Assembly (NCBI RefSeq): GCF_000018105.1
Contig: NC_009925.1
Coordinates: 4,110,001 to 4,142,000, forward strand
DNA length: 32,000 bases
Reading direction: 5' to 3'
Source of the DNA: Acaryochloris marina MBIC11017
Lineage (GTDB): Bacteria; Cyanobacteriota; Cyanobacteriia; Thermosynechococcales; Thermosynechococcaceae
The notes under the pieces were generated by a model. The model did not search any database. It saw only the letters and a program-made list of their open reading frames with translations, and was not told the DNA's origin. The translations under genes were made by a program, and so were the position numbers. Of this stretch, positions 27,660 to 32,000 are shown in pieces. Position 1 is the stretch's first letter. Each line of letters opens with the position of its first letter.

Positions 27660-28328
27660 TCAGGGGAGACAATGGATAAGCAACGACTCATCATATTCGT
27701 CGACACTTTTGCTCAGTACCTCTGTAAAAATACCCGCGTAAATTTGCTGGGTCTCTGGAAGAAAAGCCTGAGCATTCTTAATTCCGCCAAAAAATGAAGC
27801 CAATTGCCAAGTACCTCCCTGTCGAGCCTCACCCACAGGGTTTGCAGAGGCCGCCACCGTTGCTTGAGTCAATCGATGTATTTTGTCCACAAACTCTTCA
27901 CCTGCATCACCAGCAGCAACCCGGCAGCCATACAGTAACAATTCATTCCCACTCAATCGTTTAGACCAACTCGCAATCTGATCTGCATAATGAGTTAAAG
28001 TCTTCAAACTCAATTGAGAATTGCCTAGATATAAACATCCTGGCGACCCATGACACACAATATGCAGACTCTCAATTGCACCATAGGCTTCTAAAGCTGC
28101 AGAGATCTGCGCCACTCCGTTGTGATTCTTCTCAAGGACCACAACATGGGCACCCTGCCGCACCCCCGACACCAGTAGGGAATAGTCGTCTACTGCTGAA
28201 TCGATAACCACTAACATGTCGTTGCTCGCAGCACTAAGATGATTCTCACCAACATGATAATTAATGGCGTTGGGTGTTATGTCCTGGTTATTCAACAGAC
28301 TCGATATATTCACTTGTGACTTAGACAT
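27660..28328 (-). CDS. Stand-alone DUF4347-like domain protein (222 aa)
   Basis: LVVIDSAVDDYSLLVSGVRQGAHVVVLEKNHNGVAQISAALEAYGAIESLHIVCHGSPGCLYLGNSQLSL...ELLLYGCRVAAGDAGEEFVDKIHRLTQATVAASANPVG...GGTWQL matches, from memory, the DUF4347 module that normally heads very large repeat proteins. ATG at 28328. Confidence 0.65.
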   Translation of the reverse strand: MSKSQVNISSLLNNQDITPNAINYHVGENHLSAASNDMLVVIDSAVDDYSLLVSGVRQGAHVVVLEKNHNGVAQISAALEAYGAIESLHIVCHGSPGCLYLGNSQLSLKTLTHYADQIASWSKRLSGNELLLYGCRVAAGDAGEEFVDKIHRLTQATVAASANPVGEARQGGTWQLASFFGGIKNAQAFLPETQQIYAGIFTEVLSKSVDEYDESLLIHCLP

Positions 28329-29176
28329 AGTTATTCTTTCCAACAACACTTACAAAACCTTTTAAAGCAGTTCAGCTCATCACCTTGACTCGCGATATTC
28401 CTCACAGTCCGTGGTGCAGACAATACTAATTAACATCAAAAACTCACACCTCCTGCAATACGAAAAGCATTGATTTTTTGAGGTTCAGCCGGTTCTCATC
28501 TCAATCGAACTCAGTTCTAATTCGCCCCTAAAGCCGTTAAAACCAGCAAACTATCGTTACTACTGATATCAGGACCGAAAAATTGGGCACAAGCACTAGG
28601 GAATCTGCCGCTTTCAGTCATACCAATGCAAGACTGAATAAATAACAAGAAGGAACCAGTAGGCATGATCTATCAGCCCCTAAAACAGTGCGGCTAGCAA
28701 TCTCCGTGGCGCTAGAAAACAGAGACTTTTAAACTCTGTTCTCGTCACCCCAAACGGGTGATGAAAGATGCTAACGAATACTGAAAACGCATTTGCTAGG
28801 AAATGTCCATGCACTCAGGCCGCTCTGACCAAGGCAATTCAATAAGTCAGGACTAATATGATGATCTTATTCCATATCTACGAACTAGAAACTGAAGCGA
28901 AAATGGAACACACAATCAAAAAAAGGAGGCGGGGGGAAACCAGTAGAGTCAGAAGAACGATATCTCAGCCATAAAGATGAGCTAAAAAACACCGATCAAC
29001 TTAGTTAGTCATGACTTCAATAAATTATCAGAGCTTGATTACTAAAGAATCTGTATTAACTCATCTAATTTTTATCGATATAAAAACCGATAGAAGAAAA
29101 ATATCATATATAAATAGGAAAAACAATCGGTCGCTATTATTGGATCAAAAAATAAGCGGACGATAGCAAAATCTGC

Positions 29177-29416
29177 TTACTCTCGCTGAGGAAAGTAGGC
29201 CACTCGCTCCAGCTGATGGCATAAGGGGCAGGTATAGAAGCTCACTTGGCCACTCACCGTTGGTACCAGTCCCAACATCGCTTTCATCATGGTGCTTTTA
29301 CCTGCGCCATTGGGACCGACAATCCCTACGAGTTGGCCGAGCTCAATTTGAAAGCTAATACCATCTAACCCTCTTACCCCTCGGTAATCGACGGCGAGTT
29401 GTTGGACCTTGAGCAT
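29177..29416 (-). pseudogene. ABC transporter ATP-binding protein, N-terminal 79-codon remnant (metal-type ABC ATPase-like)
   Basis: MLKVQQLAVDYRGVRGLDGISFQIELGQLVGIVGPNGAGKSTMMKAMLGLVP...VAYFPQRE then a stop. Walker A is present, but the Q-loop onward, the signature motif and Walker B are absent, and no continuation exists in any frame downstream. Confidence 0.7.
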
Positions 29417-29563
29417 AGATGTGGCATGAGAATGATATTCATTACTATACCTGTTTCTTCCAAACTCCAGTACAGAAGCAGCCTTGCCCCATTCAATTTG
29501 TCATAAAAAGCTGATCCAAGTTCGTTTAGCCATATCTCCCTGACAGGGATTGGAAATGGAGAC

Positions 29564-29591
29564 TTGATATCCATCTACACAATGGTATGAT
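29564..29591 (+). promoter_or_regulatory. Candidate sigma70-type promoter for the rpsP operon
   Basis: TTGATA (29564-29569), a 16-nt spacer, then TATGAT (29586-29591), about 85 nt upstream of the rpsP ATG. This is a sequence match only. Confidence 0.3.
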
Positions 29592-29675
29592 GGAGAATCT
29601 GAGTAAATTTATCTTGATTCCTTTACCGGAATTTGCAAACCTTACTCAAACAACCGGAGCATTTTCGACCTCAAT

Positions 29676-29930
29676 ATGATCAAACTCAGACTCAAGCGAT
29701 ACGGCAAAAAGAGAGCTGCTAGCTACCGAATCGTGGCCATGAATAGCCGCGATCGCAGAGATGGTCGTCCCTTGGAAGAGTTGGGATACTATAACCCCAT
29801 CACGGATGAAACCCGTCTGCATGTCGATGCGATCGCAAAGCGTCTCAAAGATGGTGCTCAGCCTACAGACACCGTGCGTCGCATTTTGGAAAAAGCCAGT
29901 CTTTTAGAACCCGCCAAGGCCAAAGCCTAA
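29676..29930 (+). CDS. rpsP: 30S ribosomal protein S16
   Basis: [41 protein letters not shown] is a canonical S16 N-terminus. Confidence 0.95.
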   Translation: MIKLRLKRYGKKRAASYRIVAMNSRDRRDGRPLEELGYYNPITDETRLHVDAIAKRLKDGAQPTDTVRRILEKASLLEPAKAKA

Positions 29931-29941
29931 CCTTTTAACTT

Positions 29942-30265
29942 ATGCCTTCAACCTCTACCACTCAGACTGATTATTCGGTCCTTGTTCGCTTTCTTGTAGA
30001 ACCTTTTCTTGAAGCCTCGGATACTTTGAGCATAGACTGCGAGACGAATGCCAGTGGTAAAGTGTGGATCCGTCTGGCCTTTTCAGGAACAGATAAAGGG
30101 CGAGTTTTTGGCCGAGGCGGGCGGACCATCCAAGCGATGCGCACAGTGTTGGAAATGGCTGGCAAAGCAGCCAACCAATCGGTGTACCTGGAAGTTTTCA
30201 ATGAAGGAGGGGCGAATAAGCAGCCCTCTCGCCCCAAAAGGCCTCCTCAAAAACGGCGCCGTTAA
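29942..30265 (+). CDS. KH-domain RNA-binding protein (YlqC/UPF0109-like) with a basic tail
   Basis: GRVFGRGGRTIQAMRTVL (KH GxxG loop). It occupies the conserved position directly after rpsP. The C-terminus is RPKRPPQKRRR. Confidence 0.85.
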   Translation: MPSTSTTQTDYSVLVRFLVEPFLEASDTLSIDCETNASGKVWIRLAFSGTDKGRVFGRGGRTIQAMRTVLEMAGKAANQSVYLEVFNEGGANKQPSRPKRPPQKRRR

Positions 30266-30392
30266 GCAAAAGCGCCCCGAAGTTAAGAATCTATTGTTAT
30301 GAGTAGTCTTAAGCTCAAGGCTACTGATAGACATAACATCAGAATTTCTGATTCGTTTTTGTTTGTCTCCCCCCTATTCATCTCAAGTCATT

Positions 30393-31346
30393 ATGGGACT
30401 GACGCTTCAGCTACCCAGCCCAGAAAGTGCAATTGCCCTAGCCGGTGAGCAGCAAGGGAATTTAAAGCTGTTTGCTCAGCAAACTGGGGCGCAATTGGTT
30501 TTGCGAGGACAAGAACTCCTTATTTCTGGAACGGATAAGCAAACACAACTTTGTCAGCAGCTGATTTATTTACTAGAAGAGGCTTGGCAAACCGGGCAAC
30601 CAATCTCGCCAGTCGATATTATGGCTGCTCGCCAGGTCCTCAACGCCAAGCGTCAAGAAGAATGGCAAGACCTCCAGCAGGATATTTTAGCCACGACCCG
30701 TCGAGGAGAGCAGATTCGGGCTAAAACCTTACGCCAGCGACAGTATATCCAATCCATTCGCAAATATACATTAACCTTTGGCATTGGTCCTGCCGGTACT
30801 GGAAAAACCTATTTGGCTGCCGTATTAGCGGTACAAGCACTGCTAGCCAATGAATATGAACGGTTGATTTTGACCCGCCCAGCCATCGAAGCAGGAGAAA
30901 AGTTAGGGTTTCTACCGGGAGATTTGCAACAAAAAGTGAACCCCTACTTGCGGCCTCTCTATGATGCCTTGTATGAGTTGATTGAGGCAGAGCGAATTAC
31001 CAGCTTAATGGAGCGAGGCACCATTGAAGTTGCCCCGCTTGCCTATATGCGAGGACGTACCTTAAACCGAGCCTTTGTCATTCTTGATGAGGCGCAAAAC
31101 ACGACGCCCGCCCAGATGAAAATGATGCTGACCCGGCTAGGCAGGGACTCACGAATGGTTATCACAGGTGATATCACCCAATCCGATCTACCGACGAGTC
31201 AAACGTCCGGGTTGGCTGTTGCCCAAAAAATTTTGCAATCGATCGAAGGCATTTCGTTTTGTCACTTAGGTAAAGGCGACATTGTGCGCAATCCCTTAGT
31301 GTCAAAAATTATTGATGCTTACGAGCATTATGAGACTAAAAAATAG
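30393..31346 (+). CDS. phoH: PhoH-family ATPase
   Basis: Walker A GPAGTGKTYLA, Walker B ILDEAQN, and GDITQSDLP. The ATG is at 30393; the track start at 30363 is TTG. Confidence 0.9.
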   Translation: MGLTLQLPSPESAIALAGEQQGNLKLFAQQTGAQLVLRGQELLISGTDKQTQLCQQLIYLLEEAWQTGQPISPVDIMAARQVLNAKRQEEWQDLQQDILATTRRGEQIRAKTLRQRQYIQSIRKYTLTFGIGPAGTGKTYLAAVLAVQALLANEYERLILTRPAIEAGEKLGFLPGDLQQKVNPYLRPLYDALYELIEAERITSLMERGTIEVAPLAYMRGRTLNRAFVILDEAQNTTPAQMKMMLTRLGRDSRMVITGDITQSDLPTSQTSGLAVAQKILQSIEGISFCHLGKGDIVRNPLVSKIIDAYEHYETKK

Positions 31347-31391
31347 TCTGATAATGCTCGCGAACAACTATATTTTCGCTTAACCCATTCG

Positions 31392-32000
31392 TTAATCTTG
31401 CTGAGATTTTTGAGCAACGCACATTAACGATAATGCTGCCTCGGGGGAGAGAGAATCAATGCCCGATAAGCGTTGTCCTAGCCTATAGCGCCAATGGGGA
31501 AATTTCCCTTGCACCCCTTTAAGAATGTCTGCACCCACGGTTTGATTATGAGGAAATAGATGGACCTGAAATCCTTTGGGTTGCAGTGTTTGGGTAAAGA
31601 GCTCAGCTGTCACACCATCACCGGGGCGATGATGGATTTCCGTTTTCAAGGCAGTGAGCCTTTCTTCGGAGTCAATATGAAGACTTCGAAGGAAGAATCG
31701 ATAAATGGGCAGCCGCATTTTATAAAACATCAGGGCAAGACCTTGATAGTTCCAAGCTGAGCGCTGCGGATCGTGGTCTACGATCAGGAGTCCACCGGGT
31801 TTCACCAGTCGAGCTGCTTCCGCCAATACGGTCGGCATATCTTCACAATGATGCAGGGTCGCATTCAAGGCAACGATATCTGCAAATTCAGATACGAAGG
31901 GTAGATTGTGAGCATCGGCTTGAACCGGGGTATAGCCGATCTGAGCTGACATTTTGAGGCCCCCTTCAGCAACATCGACCCCAATGATGGTGCGGGGAGA
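31392..32000 (-). CDS. Class I SAM-dependent methyltransferase; the 5' end lies beyond the right edge
   Basis: The frame stays open upstream of the listed Met (...RTIIGVDVAEGGLKMSAQIGY...). Motifs include ADIVALNATLHHCEDM and RLVKPGGLLIVDHDP. Motif I must lie outside the window. Confidence 0.75.
   Translation of the reverse strand, partial: SPRTIIGVDVAEGGLKMSAQIGYTPVQADAHNLPFVSEFADIVALNATLHHCEDMPTVLAEAARLVKPGGLLIVDHDPQRSAWNYQGLALMFYKMRLPIYRFFLRSLHIDSEERLTALKTEIHHRPGDGVTAELFTQTLQPKGFQVHLFPHNQTVGADILKGVQGKFPHWRYRLGQRLSGIDSLSPEAALSLMCVAQKSQQD

Noticed and set aside
28517-28666. 49-codon minus-strand ORF (MPTGSFLLFIQSCIGMTESGRF...) inside the ORF-free tract
   Set aside because: It has no SD and no recognisable family, and its length is within the chance expectation for the tract.
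1-32000. Search for CRISPR arrays, tRNA or rRNA genes, reverse transcriptases (retron or DGR) and tandem repeats
   Set aside because: Reading both strands, I saw no regularly spaced direct repeats, no tRNA-like cloverleaf sequences, no rRNA-like segments and no RT motifs (YxDD). Small ncRNAs cannot be excluded by eye.

Overview
Chromosomal window from a cyanobacterium. It carries psbD (photosystem II D2) and at least 16 perfect copies of the HIP1 palindrome GCGATCGC. The D2 substitution pattern and the IS load suggest an Acaryochloris-like genome, but I cannot verify this without a search. All family calls rest on motifs I read in the translations; no database search was run.

Layout:
- 1-14.9 kb, housekeeping: partial hypothetical, rseP, nth, rpsN, a small conserved ORF, a coiled-coil protein, coaD, cysS, a SAM methyltransferase, an FHA-PAS-GGDEF-EAL c-di-GMP protein, a LysM/M23 peptidase, an HtrA protease, and a RarA ATPase fused to a methyltransferase-like domain.
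- 14.9-20.7 kb, uncharacterised same-strand four-gene cassette: a 278-aa HExxH zincin-like protein, a 182-aa HEAT-like protein, a 144-aa protein and a 276-aa YibA-like HEAT-repeat protein. It is split by a nested insertion in which an intact IS256-family element sits inside an IS4-family element. I could reconstruct both insertion events to the base.
- 21.2-23.7 kb: monocistronic psbD with its terminator, then an M28 peptidase.
- 23.85-29.4 kb, decayed accessory zone: yeiH-like pseudogene, degenerate IS1-family element, IS200-type element, W-rich orphan ORF, gluconokinase-like kinase, stand-alone DUF4347-like ORF, an 830-bp ORF-free AT-rich stretch and a truncated ABC ATPase.
- 29.6-32 kb, housekeeping: rpsP, KH-domain protein, phoH, partial methyltransferase.

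I recognised no rRNA, tRNA or CRISPR array. The best candidate for an undescribed system is the zincin/HEAT cassette at 14931-20669.
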